Source: an uncultured Chlamydiae bacterium (lineage in GTDB: Bacteria; Chlamydiota; Chlamydiia; Chlamydiales; Parachlamydiaceae). From it: a stretch of 64,000 nt of DNA. The position numbers and the translations under genes were made by a program. The stretch is from assembly GCA_963830365.1 (NCBI GenBank), contig CAWHMU010000042.1:96001-160000 (forward strand), given 5' to 3'. Of this stretch, positions 1 to 9,825 are shown piece by piece. Position 1 is the stretch's first letter, and every line of letters begins with the position of its first letter. Below the pieces are notes generated by a model. The model ran no database searches, was not told the origin of the DNA, and worked only from the letters and a program-made list of their open reading frames with translations.

Positions 1-228
1 GCCGGCGGCTATGTTTCCAAAGCGATGTTCCCGAATCTGAGTGGGATTTCCGATTTCTGCTATACCGCCTCCATCGCCGAACGGCAGGACCACCGCTTGA
101 TCGAGAATGCGGGCGTTACCCCTGATATACATTATGAAGCCAGCGTGGCAGACTTGCAAAACAACTATGTGGAATACGGTAAAAAGATTCTGCAGACGCT
201 TGATACACTAGTTAAGGGAGACAGGTAG
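1..228 (+). CDS. C-terminal end of CPAF-like S41 protease (5'-truncated by window edge)
   Basis: Frame 1 is open from base 1: AGGYVSKAMFPNLSGI...TASIAER...IENAGVTPDI resembles the chlamydial CPAF C-terminus (GAGG...FPN..G...IEN.GV.P). Confidence 0.7.
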   Translation, partial: AGGYVSKAMFPNLSGISDFCYTASIAERQDHRLIENAGVTPDIHYEASVADLQNNYVEYGKKILQTLDTLVKGDR

Positions 229-233
229 GCAAT

Positions 234-2213
234 ATGGAAGTTCCGATCATCAAAGAAATCGTCATTATCTTTGCCTTGTCTGTGGCTGTGCTGCTGGTAT
301 GCCATCGGCTAAAATTGCCTTCCGTGGTGGGCTTTCTAATTACCGGGGTGCTGTGCGGTCCGCATAGCTTAGGTTTGGTGAGCCGTGTCAGCGATGTGGA
401 GAATTTAGCTACTATCGGCGTTGTGCTTTTGCTATTCACTGTCGGCATGGAATTTTCCATAAAGAATATCATTAAATATAGATACTACTTTTTCGTGGGC
501 GGTGTGTTGCAAGTCTTGGGTTCGGTAGCGACGTGTTTTGTGATTGCCAAATTGGGCTTTGGCACATCCTGGGGGGAAGCTGTTTTAATGGGCTTTCTGC
601 TTTCCTTAAGCAGTACGGCGATTGTATTGCGGGCGCTCGATGAGAATGGCGGCGGCGAGACCATGCACGGGCGTTTGATCTTGGGGGTGCTTATCTTCCA
701 GGATATCATAGCCGTGCCGATGATGCTGCTTGTGCCGATGCTGGCAGGAGCCGGCGAAGAATTCGATCTGGCGCATTTATATAATTTTCTAAAAGGCATT
801 GTTTTTCTACTGGTGATGGCGGTGGTTGCCTTCCGCGGGGTGCCGAAGCTGCTTTATTATGTGACTCGTACACGTCAGCGCGAACTTTTTTTGCTCAGTG
901 TGTTCACGATATGCTTTGCCGTGGCATGGATCACCTCTTCGCTTGGCCTATCGCTTTCTTTGGGAGCCTTCTTTGCCGGTTTGGTGATTTCGGAATCCGA
1001 ATATAGTGATGAGGCGGTGGGCAATGTGCTGCCATTCCAGGAGATCTTTACCAGTTTCTTTTTTGTTTCCATGGGCATGCTGCTGGATATGGGCTTTGTC
1101 ATTCAACAACCCTTGCTGATTTTAGCAATTGCGGCTATCGCCTTGCTGCTAAAAGCTTTGGTGGCAGGGGGGACGGCAGTTGCGCTAGGCTTGCCATTGC
1201 GCTCGGTGGTGCTAGCCGCGGTGGCCTTGAGCCAAATTGGCGAATTCTCGTTCGTACTCGCGCATTCAGGCATGGATTTAGGATTGATAACGGACTATAA
1301 CTATCAGATCTTTTTGGCGGTATCGCTGCTGACGATGGCGGTGACGCCTTCATTGATGTCGCTTTCGGACTTACTGGCGCAAATTTTAAGCAAACTGCCT
1401 TTGCCGGACAGGCTGAAGATGGGCGTCAACTATGCTTCAGAAGAGGTGGGGCATAAGCCTAAGCGCGATCATATCATCATTGTAGGCTTTGGTTTGCGCG
1501 GCAAGCATTTGGCCAGGGCGGCCAAGGAGACGGCATTGCCCTATGTGATTTTGGATATGAATCCGGAGACCGTGAAGGTGGAAAAAAGCAACGGAGAGCC
1601 GATCTATTACGGCGATCCATCGCATCATTCTGTGTTGCTTTCTGCCGGTATCAAAAGAGCCCGCACGCTCGCAGTGGTGATCGATGATGCGCCAGCCGCA
1701 AAAAGAATTATAAAAGCTGCCAGGGAATTAAATCCGGATGTGTATATTATTACGCGTACGCGTTATTTCCGCGAGGTGCAGAAAATGTTTCAGATCGGTG
1801 CCGATGATGTCATTCCCGATGAATTCGGTTCTTCGCTGGAGATCTTTAAAATGGTGCTGCAAAAGTGCGAGGTGCCGCAAAACCAGATCAGCAAATGCGT
1901 GCAGAGCGTACGCATGGAAGGCTATGATGTCTTGCGCTGGCAGAGTCTGGAGACCAATACGAATTCGCTTGATTCCAATGACGCCCGCATAGAGACTTTA
2001 AAAGTTATCGAAGGTTCGCCACTGGTAGGCAAAACAATATTGAGCAGCGAATTAAAAAAGGCGCATGGCTTGACGGTATTGATAATTAAAAGACAAAGCC
2101 AAACGCTGACGGCGATCGAGGCCGACACCCCCCTGCAGGCGGCAGATGCGCTGGTGGTGGTGGGCACTCCTAACAACCTTGACAAAGCTAAATACTTATT
2201 TCAGGCAACATGA
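234..2213 (+). CDS. CPA2-family cation:proton antiporter (KefB/KefC-like) with TrkA_N and TrkA_C domains
   Basis: Many TM segments; LLLFxVGME, LSSTAIV, LIFQDI and QIGEFSFV motifs; GFGxxG Rossmann domain. Confidence 0.92.
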   Translation: MEVPIIKEIVIIFALSVAVLLVCHRLKLPSVVGFLITGVLCGPHSLGLVSRVSDVENLATIGVVLLLFTVGMEFSIKNIIKYRYYFFVGGVLQVLGSVATCFVIAKLGFGTSWGEAVLMGFLLSLSSTAIVLRALDENGGGETMHGRLILGVLIFQDIIAVPMMLLVPMLAGAGEEFDLAHLYNFLKGIVFLLVMAVVAFRGVPKLLYYVTRTRQRELFLLSVFTICFAVAWITSSLGLSLSLGAFFAGLVISESEYSDEAVGNVLPFQEIFTSFFFVSMGMLLDMGFVIQQPLLILAIAAIALLLKALVAGGTAVALGLPLRSVVLAAVALSQIGEFSFVLAHSGMDLGLITDYNYQIFLAVSLLTMAVTPSLMSLSDLLAQILSKLPLPDRLKMGVNYASEEVGHKPKRDHIIIVGFGLRGKHLARAAKETALPYVILDMNPETVKVEKSNGEPIYYGDPSHHSVLLSAGIKRARTLAVVIDDAPAAKRIIKAARELNPDVYIITRTRYFREVQKMFQIGADDVIPDEFGSSLEIFKMVLQKCEVPQNQISKCVQSVRMEGYDVLRWQSLETNTNSLDSNDARIETLKVIEGSPLVGKTILSSELKKAHGLTVLIIKRQSQTLTAIEADTPLQAADALVVVGTPNNLDKAKYLFQAT

Positions 2214-3157
2214 GTCACGGACACTTTCCCGATCCGGTTACAATTCCTCAGCAGGTGATCCAGCAGCGGCATGAACGCGTGCAGCAGCTGGTAAAATCCT
2301 GCGTGCAGGGCATCAGCATACGCTTTGCGATCATCATGGCAGAGCTAGTGGGCGTCTGGCTGTTCGGCAGCGCCGCCCTGTTGATGGACGCCCTCTCCAG
2401 CTCCATTGATGTGATATCGAGCGTGCTACTGGTGGTATTCATCAAATTGGCGGCCCGTCCGCCCGATAAAAACCATCCGTTCGGGCACGGGCGTTTTGAG
2501 CCGCTCTTAGGACTGCAGTTAGGCCTTTTGATGGCATTTATCGGCGGCGGGATGTTGATTCAGCAGCTCTTTTCCCTTTCGAGCCAGCCGCAGGGTGAGG
2601 TTATCGATGGGCGCGCCTGGATCATTCCGTTGGGGGCCGTCATCCTGCTTGAGTTTTGCTATCAGATCATGATGCGCGTTGCCAAAAGGCAGAATAGCCC
2701 GGCGCTTGAGGCAGATGCCATGCACTACCGCATTGACGGCCTCACCAGCCTGCTGGCGGCCATCGCGCTGCTTGCCGGCGCTTATGTTCCAGGCTGGAGC
2801 CACAATATCGACCATATCGGTGCCATTTTCATAGCTTTGTTCATGATCGGCATCGGATTTTTGGCACTGCGGAGAAATCTGGACCAGATTGTCGACCGTG
2901 TGCCCGAGGAAAAATATTTTGAAAGTGTGCGCAAGGCAGCCACAAGGGTGGACGGGGTGCGCGGTACGGAGAAGATCCGCATCCAGCATTCTGGCCCTGA
3001 TGCGCATGTCGATATCGATATCGAAGTCGATCCCCATCTAACGGTTGAGGTGGCCCATACTATCAGCCAACAGGTGAGGGTCGAGATCCAGAAGGATTGG
3101 CCGATGGTGCAGGATGTGATTGTGCACATCGAGCCTTTTTATCCTGGCGACCACTGA
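2210..3157 (+). CDS. Cation diffusion facilitator (CDF) transporter
   Basis: PPDKNHPFGHGRFE, ADAMHYRID and DVIVHIEP motifs. Confidence 0.92.
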   Translation: MSHGHFPDPVTIPQQVIQQRHERVQQLVKSCVQGISIRFAIIMAELVGVWLFGSAALLMDALSSSIDVISSVLLVVFIKLAARPPDKNHPFGHGRFEPLLGLQLGLLMAFIGGGMLIQQLFSLSSQPQGEVIDGRAWIIPLGAVILLEFCYQIMMRVAKRQNSPALEADAMHYRIDGLTSLLAAIALLAGAYVPGWSHNIDHIGAIFIALFMIGIGFLALRRNLDQIVDRVPEEKYFESVRKAATRVDGVRGTEKIRIQHSGPDAHVDIDIEVDPHLTVEVAHTISQQVRVEIQKDWPMVQDVIVHIEPFYPGDH

Positions 3158-3168
3158 GAGAGAGCTGT

Positions 3169-3891
3169 ATGCCTTATATTTATTTAGCATTGATATCGGT
3201 GGTGGTTTTTGGGCTGGTGCATTTGCTTGCCCAAAAGACGCGCCTACTGGATGTGATCACGCACGGGCGGTTTCTATCTGTCTGCGGCGGGGTGGCGATC
3301 TCGTATGTCTTTGTCGATATGCTGCCGAAGTTGGCCGAAAATGATATAATCATTCAAAAGCTACTGTCGGGGATTTTTCCTTATTTTGAGCGACATATCT
3401 ACGTCATGGCACTGGCGGGTTTCTTGTTTTTCTTCAGCGTCAACCGGTCACGCACGCTGCTGACAGAAACGACCTCCTTCTATTTTTCGCTGGCCTCCTA
3501 TGCTTTTTTTAATTTCCTGGTGGCCTATGCCGTGGCCGACCAAAACAATCCGGAAGTTAAGCCATTGGCGCTGTTTACCTTTGCCATCGCCCTGCACTAT
3601 TTCACCAACGATTACGCCCTGGCCAAGGCCCATGGCGAAGCCTATGGCACAAAAGAAAAGTGGCTATTGATTTTAAGTTTGCTTGCAGGCTGGTGTGTGG
3701 GTGTGCTGTTCGTGCTGTCTGAGGCTGCCGTGGCGCTATTGAGTGCCTTCATCGGCGGCGGCGTCATCTTGAATGTCACCCGGCACGAGCTGCCCGATGA
3801 TAACCCCCACAGCCTGGGCGCCTTTCTGCTGTCGGCTTTGCTCTACACCACCATCCTGCTGCTCATCGGCGGCCATGCGCATGTTGTCTAG
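3169..3891 (+). CDS. Integral membrane protein, ZIP-like
   Basis: ATG at 3169 just after the CDF stop; ~7 TM segments; GGVAISYVFVDMLPKL and HELP motifs. Confidence 0.65.
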   Translation: MPYIYLALISVVVFGLVHLLAQKTRLLDVITHGRFLSVCGGVAISYVFVDMLPKLAENDIIIQKLLSGIFPYFERHIYVMALAGFLFFFSVNRSRTLLTETTSFYFSLASYAFFNFLVAYAVADQNNPEVKPLALFTFAIALHYFTNDYALAKAHGEAYGTKEKWLLILSLLAGWCVGVLFVLSEAAVALLSAFIGGGVILNVTRHELPDDNPHSLGAFLLSALLYTTILLLIGGHAHVV

Positions 3892-4007
3892 GCGAGTGAG
3901 CATTTGCAGCAAAACTCTGAATCTATTTCCTAAGCATCGGAGATGCGACTCTATATAACAGCTTACCTTGAGCTATGCCACGCGTGTATTGAACTGTGAT
4001 TGCCTTT

Positions 4008-5339
4008 CTAAATGACAAACGGCACGAGTTTGTAGGGGACTTTCTGGCAGTATTTGTCCCAGTCTTTGTGGTATTTGTTAGCGCAGCGCTGGTCGTCGCG
4101 GAAGGCGCGGTCGACAAGCAAAATTGTCAGGAAAATGACATAGAAGTAAGGCAGAAAGTTGTCAAAGAGCGCCGGCAGGGTCCAGAAGAGGGCGCCCAGA
4201 ATTTCCGGGATATAATGGAAATGGCGCGAAATGCCCCACCAGCCTGAGGATAGCAGTAGATTTTGTTTGTACTGTCCTTTTTCGGTGACGTAATGCGCTA
4301 TGGTCACACTTGGCGGCCTGCCCCATACCTTGCATGCGCCTTGGGTGGCACGCACCCTTTGGCGCTGCCTGTCGGCGAGGTAGTTGATGATGATGCAGAC
4401 GCTGCCGGCCATGAGCATAAAGAGGCTTAGGCCTAGGCCTAAATGGTTTGGATGGTTGACGAGATAAAGCGTCGGCGAGGCGTAGATGCCGGGGATCCAT
4501 ACCAGGCATCCCCAGCATATATAGTATCCGGCGCGGTCATGCATGATGTCCAACGATCTTAGGTAGCCCGTCTCCCAGAAGAAGAATTTCGAAATATACA
4601 GCAGCTGCAGCGCCACGGCCACAAACATGGAGTCGCTGAGCCCATATAGCTGATCCTGCTTGGCGGCAAAGGACACGATGCATAATGCCCAACCCATCAT
4701 GCCGAAACGGCAGTTGGTGAACATTTTGACATCCCAGCCGAAAATGCGGGGATAGAGTTCTGTGCCCCAGTAGTAGTCGAAGATGATATTGCCGGTAGTA
4801 CTGGAATCGCTGCTGGATGGGGCATATTTCCCCTTCATATACAGGAATAAACAGAACAGCAGGCTGAACAGGTTCAAAGCGCCTAGCAGGGCGCCAAAAT
4901 TGTCATAGATAATCGTCGGCGAGAAGAGATTCAGCTGAAAGCTGCACAGCCAAAACAGCGCCATGGTGGCAATGAATGCCGGCACGCCGTTGGCCTTATA
5001 TACAGGGACATTGCCCCCGGGAGTCACCGGGCCGTGGAAGGTCTTGCCGGGCAGCAGTTTCATGAAGGCAAGTTCGATGGCGGCAAAGATGGCGATGATT
5101 TGCCAGGCTGCTGTCGTGCCGAAGAAATAGGGCGACCAGATATTGTAGATGGTGGTGATGGCGCCTTGGCTATGAAATAGTTCCCAAAGCTTTTGAAAGG
5201 AGCCGCCTAAGGCCACATTGGTATACCAGAAGACAAAAACAGCTACCGGACAGACACACAAAAGGAAAAGAGGGCCTAAGGTATATCTGAACCAGCGCGT
5301 GGCCATTGTTGCGGTCATCATGGGTGTCGGGGTGGACAT
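4008..5339 (-). CDS. 7-dehydrocholesterol (sterol delta-7) reductase, ERG4/ERG24 family
   Basis: YYWGTELYPR, DVKMFTNCRFGMMGW, LDIMHDRAGYYICWGCLVW, LLLSSGWWGISRHFHY and RDDQRCANKY motifs. Confidence 0.93.
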   Translation of the reverse strand: MSTPTPMMTATMATRWFRYTLGPLFLLCVCPVAVFVFWYTNVALGGSFQKLWELFHSQGAITTIYNIWSPYFFGTTAAWQIIAIFAAIELAFMKLLPGKTFHGPVTPGGNVPVYKANGVPAFIATMALFWLCSFQLNLFSPTIIYDNFGALLGALNLFSLLFCLFLYMKGKYAPSSSDSSTTGNIIFDYYWGTELYPRIFGWDVKMFTNCRFGMMGWALCIVSFAAKQDQLYGLSDSMFVAVALQLLYISKFFFWETGYLRSLDIMHDRAGYYICWGCLVWIPGIYASPTLYLVNHPNHLGLGLSLFMLMAGSVCIIINYLADRQRQRVRATQGACKVWGRPPSVTIAHYVTEKGQYKQNLLLSSGWWGISRHFHYIPEILGALFWTLPALFDNFLPYFYVIFLTILLVDRAFRDDQRCANKYHKDWDKYCQKVPYKLVPFVI

Positions 5340-5530
5340 AGGGCTTTTTCTCCAATTTCTTAAAACGCCTCAATATGCAGATATAACAATCTTTTTTCTA
5401 GATAATTTAACATGGCAAGGAGGTTAATAGCACGCCAATAGACGTAACCATTTGGATGTCAATGTGTAGTAATATTCAGTGAATGTTAAATAGCTATAGG
5501 ATTAGCTATTTAGACGAAGCACTCATTTTT

Positions 5531-5560
5531 TCTCTGTGTCTCTGTGCCTCTGTGGTGAAT
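5531..5560. repeat. Solo arm of CACAGAG/CTCTGTG 9-nt-periodic repeat family
   Basis: tctctgtgtctctgtgcctctgtggtgaat matches the right arm of the array units at 29.4-31.6 kb. Confidence 0.7.
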
Positions 5561-5577
5561 TTCAACTACAGCCGCAT

Positions 5578-6018
5578 TTAGGATCCGCCAACCTGGATCA
5601 CTAATGGCAGCGCCTGGTATAGCTTGCCACCAACTTTTACTTGGATTGGCGGCAGGGTATGCTGGCCTGCGGGCAAGCCATCGATTTGAAAGCTGTAGAT
5701 GGCGATTTCCAGATTATTTGACACTGACATGGGGACCGATTGTACGAATTTAACTTTCAGAGGCTTGTCGCCGATCTGAAAGCTATTAATGTCGATAGTG
5801 CTGCTTGTGCCGTGGGTGATCATGACCGATCCTTGGATCGGCGTGTTGGCCACTACATTTTCATAGGTACTAATTTCTGAATTTACTTCGATATTGCCAT
5901 CACCGTATACCAGTACGTTTGTCAGCTCGTCCGAAATAAGTTGTAAAGGCATTATGAGGGATATAAGCAAAAAAAAGCTTATGCCGCATCCCTTGGAAAA
6001 CAGTGAATTGATAGGCAT
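5578..6018 (-). CDS. Secreted hypothetical protein, BatD-like beta domain
   Basis: Signal-like N-terminus; C-terminal G.HTLPPI.VKVGGK.Y pattern. Confidence 0.6.
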   Translation of the reverse strand: MPINSLFSKGCGISFFLLISLIMPLQLISDELTNVLVYGDGNIEVNSEISTYENVVANTPIQGSVMITHGTSSTIDINSFQIGDKPLKVKFVQSVPMSVSNNLEIAIYSFQIDGLPAGQHTLPPIQVKVGGKLYQALPLVIQVGGS

Positions 6019-6343
6019 GATTTGTCTCCGCTCAGATGAAATTTATCGTTCATCTAGTTTTGAAGGTTTTTGCAGGTCTAAGATGGGTTTCACCTTAGGA
6101 AAATTTTATACCTTGCTTCACGTGCCAGGTCTGCAAAGCGGATGATTTAAATTTAGATGTATGATAAAACATCATATTAATCAATATGAATATTATGAAA
6201 TTTTTAGTGAGATTGCGCGGTAAAATAAAGAAATTCGTGTTATAATCAAATGTGGATTTAATTGATATGAACAAAGCAGGGGGTGAAATTTGTTTTTGGC
6301 TTATTAAAGTTTAATGATCAACTACTTTGCAGGAGGAACAATT

Positions 6344-6490
6344 ATGAAAGACGCTTGCCACCATCTCAAACAGCTTCAAAGAAAAGTGATTCAGTCGGCT
6401 AAAAAGGTTAAACCCGAAGAACTCAATCACGCGAATGTCATCGCTTCCAAGGGTTTGAAAGAAAATTTCGGCAGCGCAAGAAAGAAGTGA
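6344..6490 (+). CDS. Small basic protein (48 aa), not in ORF track
   Basis: AGGAGG at 6331 ahead of ATG 6344; MKDACHHLKQLQRKVIQSAKKVKPEELNHANVIASKGLKENFGSARKK. Confidence 0.6.
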   Translation: MKDACHHLKQLQRKVIQSAKKVKPEELNHANVIASKGLKENFGSARKK

Positions 6491-6570
6491 CACATCCTGG
6501 CTGTTAAATTTAGCAAAGATTTTGTGCTGGAGTCAGCCTGCTGCTCGATATCAGCTATCGGCAGCGGGCT

Positions 6571-7329
6571 TTATTGTTTCAGGGAATAATGCCTACAAGG
6601 GGCGAGTGGGGCTTCTACGACGCCAAAGATCGCTTGCAGCAGGGATGGGGTCATCAAGGCTGAAAACTGCCCTGTGCCGATGCAGGTGCCGTGGTTTAAA
6701 ACCGATATGCGATGGCAATATTGCTCGGCAATGGCCAAGTCGTGGGTGGTGACGATGACGATTTTGCCATTTTCGACAAGTTTTTGCAAAAGCTGCCAGA
6801 TTTCGAGCTGGTGTTGGATATCCAGGCTGGCGGTCGGCTCATCGAGCAAGAGAATCGGCGAGGCCGTGACCAAGGCGCGGGCGATATACACCCGCTGCCT
6901 CTCCCCATAGGACAATTGATTGACATAGCGGCGGCGCAAATGCCAAGCATCCACGATCGTTAAAGCGGCATGTATTTCGGGCTCTTCGGCGGCCTGCCAA
7001 TAACACCTGTCATGGGCATAACGCCCCATGGCGACGATATCCTCGACAAGAAAATCAAAAGCTATTTGCGGCTGCTGGGGGACGAGTGAGATGATACGGC
7101 TGATGGCTTGCCGGTCTTGGCAGAGCAAGGGGCTGCCATTCCACTTGACAGAGCCGGTTAGCGGCTTCCAGATGCCGGACAAAAGTTTGAGCAGGGTCGA
7201 TTTTCCCGAGCCGTTGGGACCAAGGATACCATGCAAATAGCCGGCTTCAAATTCCAAAGAGATGTCGCTTAGCAGGAATTTCTTGTCGATGGCATAGCTC
7301 AAGCCTGTGGTGATCAGTTTCGGCTGCAT
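6571..7329 (-). CDS. ABC ATPase, iron-chelate/cobalamin uptake family
   Basis: GPNGSGKS Walker A, LSYGERQR signature, LLLDEPT Walker B. Confidence 0.92.
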   Translation of the reverse strand: MQPKLITTGLSYAIDKKFLLSDISLEFEAGYLHGILGPNGSGKSTLLKLLSGIWKPLTGSVKWNGSPLLCQDRQAISRIISLVPQQPQIAFDFLVEDIVAMGRYAHDRCYWQAAEEPEIHAALTIVDAWHLRRRYVNQLSYGERQRVYIARALVTASPILLLDEPTASLDIQHQLEIWQLLQKLVENGKIVIVTTHDLAIAEQYCHRISVLNHGTCIGTGQFSALMTPSLLQAIFGVVEAPLAPCRHYSLKQ

Positions 7330-8369
7330 TTGGCGGCTCCTCCTCCAAAATGACTGCGGCGCGAGCCGCGCAATAGGATTAAAAAGGCGATGCCGCCCAA
7401 AATGGCTGAGATATTGCCGATGGAAAGGGTGTGGATTTCAAACATGCGCAGCAGCAGGTCCATGGCGGCAAAAGAGGTGCTGCCGACTAAGATGCACAAG
7501 GGGATCAGCTGGTGATTGGCCGGTCCCTGGATGTATCTGACAAGATGCGGCAAGAGCAGACCGAAAAAGGCGATCACGCCGACGGCGGCAATGGCTCCGC
7601 CGGTCAATAGCGCCACACATAAGAACAGGCGCCAGCGGATTTTATTCACCTCGACGCCCAGGTTTTTGGCTTCATCTTCGCCAAGCGCCAGGATATCGAT
7701 TTCGCTGCGATAATACCAGCAGCCATAGATGCCGATCAGGGTCAGGGGCAGCTGCATGTGCACATGCTTCCAGTCGCGATCAACGGTTGAGCCGGCACCC
7801 CATTCCGTGAGGGTTTGAATGAGCAGCCAGCGGTCTCTTAAGGCATACATGATGGCGGCCTGGATGGCCACCAGCAGGGATGAGATGGCGATGCCCGTGA
7901 TGATAAGGGTGTTTAGCTGGACTTCACCTTTGGAGCGCGACAGGGAGTAGACGAAGAGCAAGGCCAGCAGGCAGCCGGTAAAGGCGGCAATGGGGATGGC
8001 GAAGGGATATGCCAGGTGCCATTCCAGCACGAAAACCAGCACCACCAACAGGCCGCCGCCGCACGAGATGCCCAACACGTTGGGAGAGGCCAGGGGGTTG
8101 TGGAACAGGGCCTGCGTGACGGCGCCGGCGACGGCAAGGGAGGCGCCGGTGCATAGGATGACAATCAGGCGGGGAATGCGTTCATCGAGCAGGGGATTCC
8201 AGCTGGTGGTGCTGCCGTCGATACGTTTAAGGACATGTCCCCAAACGATATGCCAGGGGGTGTCTCCGAGAATTAGTGTCAGCACGCAGCAGAACAGCAG
8301 CAGCGCGGCCAGGGCCAGGTTGAGTTTCAGGAATGAGCGTTTTTTTTGTGTTTGATATAGTGAAATCAT
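7314..8369 (-). CDS. FecCD/BtuC-family ABC permease
   Basis: RIPR, QALFHNPLASP, LGEDEAKNLG and FFGLLLPHLVR motifs. Confidence 0.92.
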   Translation of the reverse strand: MISLYQTQKKRSFLKLNLALAALLLFCCVLTLILGDTPWHIVWGHVLKRIDGSTTSWNPLLDERIPRLIVILCTGASLAVAGAVTQALFHNPLASPNVLGISCGGGLLVVLVFVLEWHLAYPFAIPIAAFTGCLLALLFVYSLSRSKGEVQLNTLIITGIAISSLLVAIQAAIMYALRDRWLLIQTLTEWGAGSTVDRDWKHVHMQLPLTLIGIYGCWYYRSEIDILALGEDEAKNLGVEVNKIRWRLFLCVALLTGGAIAAVGVIAFFGLLLPHLVRYIQGPANHQLIPLCILVGSTSFAAMDLLLRMFEIHTLSIGNISAILGGIAFLILLRGSRRSHFGGGAAKCSRN

Positions 8370-9634
8370 GGCAGCTCCATCAGGGCTTGGATGATGTCAT
8401 AATAGGCCAGCACGATATATTGCGAAGGGGAGTGCTGGATGGATTCGTCAACAAAGTACAGATGGCGCTGGCGTATGGCCGCAAGCTCCATCAAGGCGGG
8501 ATCTTGATGCATTTCTCGATGTATTGTTTGCCGGTTTTCGGCGGCGACGATCAACCAGTCGGGATTGAGGTTCAGCAGGCGTTCTTTGTCGATCGACACC
8601 ATCCACTCATGGCTTTGGGCGTTAGCTGCCGCATAGGGTAATGAGATATCCCATGCGCCTAGGCGCTGCAAGAGCTGGCCGGTGAGGGTCTTCTTGGTGG
8701 GGATGGAGAAGTTTTGATGATAATTCAGAAACAGCAGGCGGGGCGGCTTTCGGCCGGCGTCATCAAGTTGCCGGGATAAAATCAGCAGACGGTTGTCGAG
8801 CGCCAGCATGGCGGCGCTGATAAAGAGGCTCAGCAGTTCAGCTTCCAAGGGGCGGTTGATGATCTGACCGATATGCATTAGTTCGATGGTGATATCATGC
8901 AGCGTGTCGGGATTTTGCATGGTATAGAGGATGACGCCCTGGTTGGCCAACGCTTCAAGGGTGGCCGGATGGGAGTAATGGGCCACGAAAGCCACTTCAG
9001 GATGCGCGAGGAATAATTTTTCGGCATTATAGCGGTCGATATCCAAGGGGATCTGATCGGTCAGGGTCCTGGGGTAGAGATGTTCCTGTTCCCGCAGGCG
9101 CCCGGGCAAAGCCACTATTTCGCTTACGGGCGCAAGAGCCAATAGAAAACTTGCGGCGGCATATGTCTGGGGGAGGAATCCATGGAATGGACGGGATAGA
9201 TTTATCGGTTTTCCGCTGTCGTCAACCAGGTAGGGCAAACGCTCGGTTTCTGCCAGCGCTATGAGCTGTTGAGGGGTGCTATTTTGCAGCTGCCGATGCA
9301 GGGTTTGACTGCGCAGGAAATCTGCCGGGGATAGGCGATTGGCGGCGTGCAATCCGTCAGCGTGCATGATCTTGGCATCGATGTCCCATTCGGCCATCAG
9401 GCGGGCCATCAATGTTAAATCGCCGGCGAGGGCCTTTTGCAGGGTGTCGCGCGGCATGTCTGCCAGGCTGAAGGAAGGGGATGTTTGCTGGAGGCTAGTG
9501 TCCCGTGCGGCAGCGTCGTAAGTTGCGCCGGTTGCAGTTGGCAGCTCATTTTGCCTGAACGCCAGCGTCCACCAGCCCGCCAGGAAGAGGACTAAGACGC
9601 CATAGACTTTTAAAGCTTTCAACAGGTTGTACAT
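8366..9634 (-). CDS. ABC substrate-binding protein (periplasmic binding protein 2 type) with N-terminal extension
   Basis: Start reassigned to ATG 9634 (MYNLLKALK) because the upstream ORF extension runs through a repeat hairpin; ExLLxLNPD motif; in operon with permease and ATPase. Confidence 0.8.
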   Translation of the reverse strand: MYNLLKALKVYGVLVLFLAGWWTLAFRQNELPTATGATYDAAARDTSLQQTSPSFSLADMPRDTLQKALAGDLTLMARLMAEWDIDAKIMHADGLHAANRLSPADFLRSQTLHRQLQNSTPQQLIALAETERLPYLVDDSGKPINLSRPFHGFLPQTYAAASFLLALAPVSEIVALPGRLREQEHLYPRTLTDQIPLDIDRYNAEKLFLAHPEVAFVAHYSHPATLEALANQGVILYTMQNPDTLHDITIELMHIGQIINRPLEAELLSLFISAAMLALDNRLLILSRQLDDAGRKPPRLLFLNYHQNFSIPTKKTLTGQLLQRLGAWDISLPYAAANAQSHEWMVSIDKERLLNLNPDWLIVAAENRQTIHREMHQDPALMELAAIRQRHLYFVDESIQHSPSQYIVLAYYDIIQALMELP

Positions 9635-9690
9635 CAGCGAGTGTTTTATGAAGTAAAATAAAAAGAATGCGCTTAAACGCCAGCCCTTCT

Positions 9691-9770
9691 CTTTCTCTGT
9701 GATCTCTGTGGGCGCTGTGGTTGCTAAAATGATACAACCACAGCGATCACAGAGATCACAGAGCAAAGAA
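9691..9770. repeat. CTCTGTG...CACAGAG inverted repeat hairpin
   Basis: ctctgtgatctctgtgggcgctgtggttg pairs with caaccacagcgatcacagagatcacagag. Confidence 0.8.
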
Positions 9771-9825
9771 GGAGATTACCGAGACTGAATCCGTTTATGG
9801 CAGAAAATTAACTGCCACTTATGGA

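Noticed and set aside
9635..9766. Cys-rich N-terminal extension of the ABC binding protein
   Set aside because: It reads through a CACAGAG hairpin; the signal/TM segment begins after ATG 9634.
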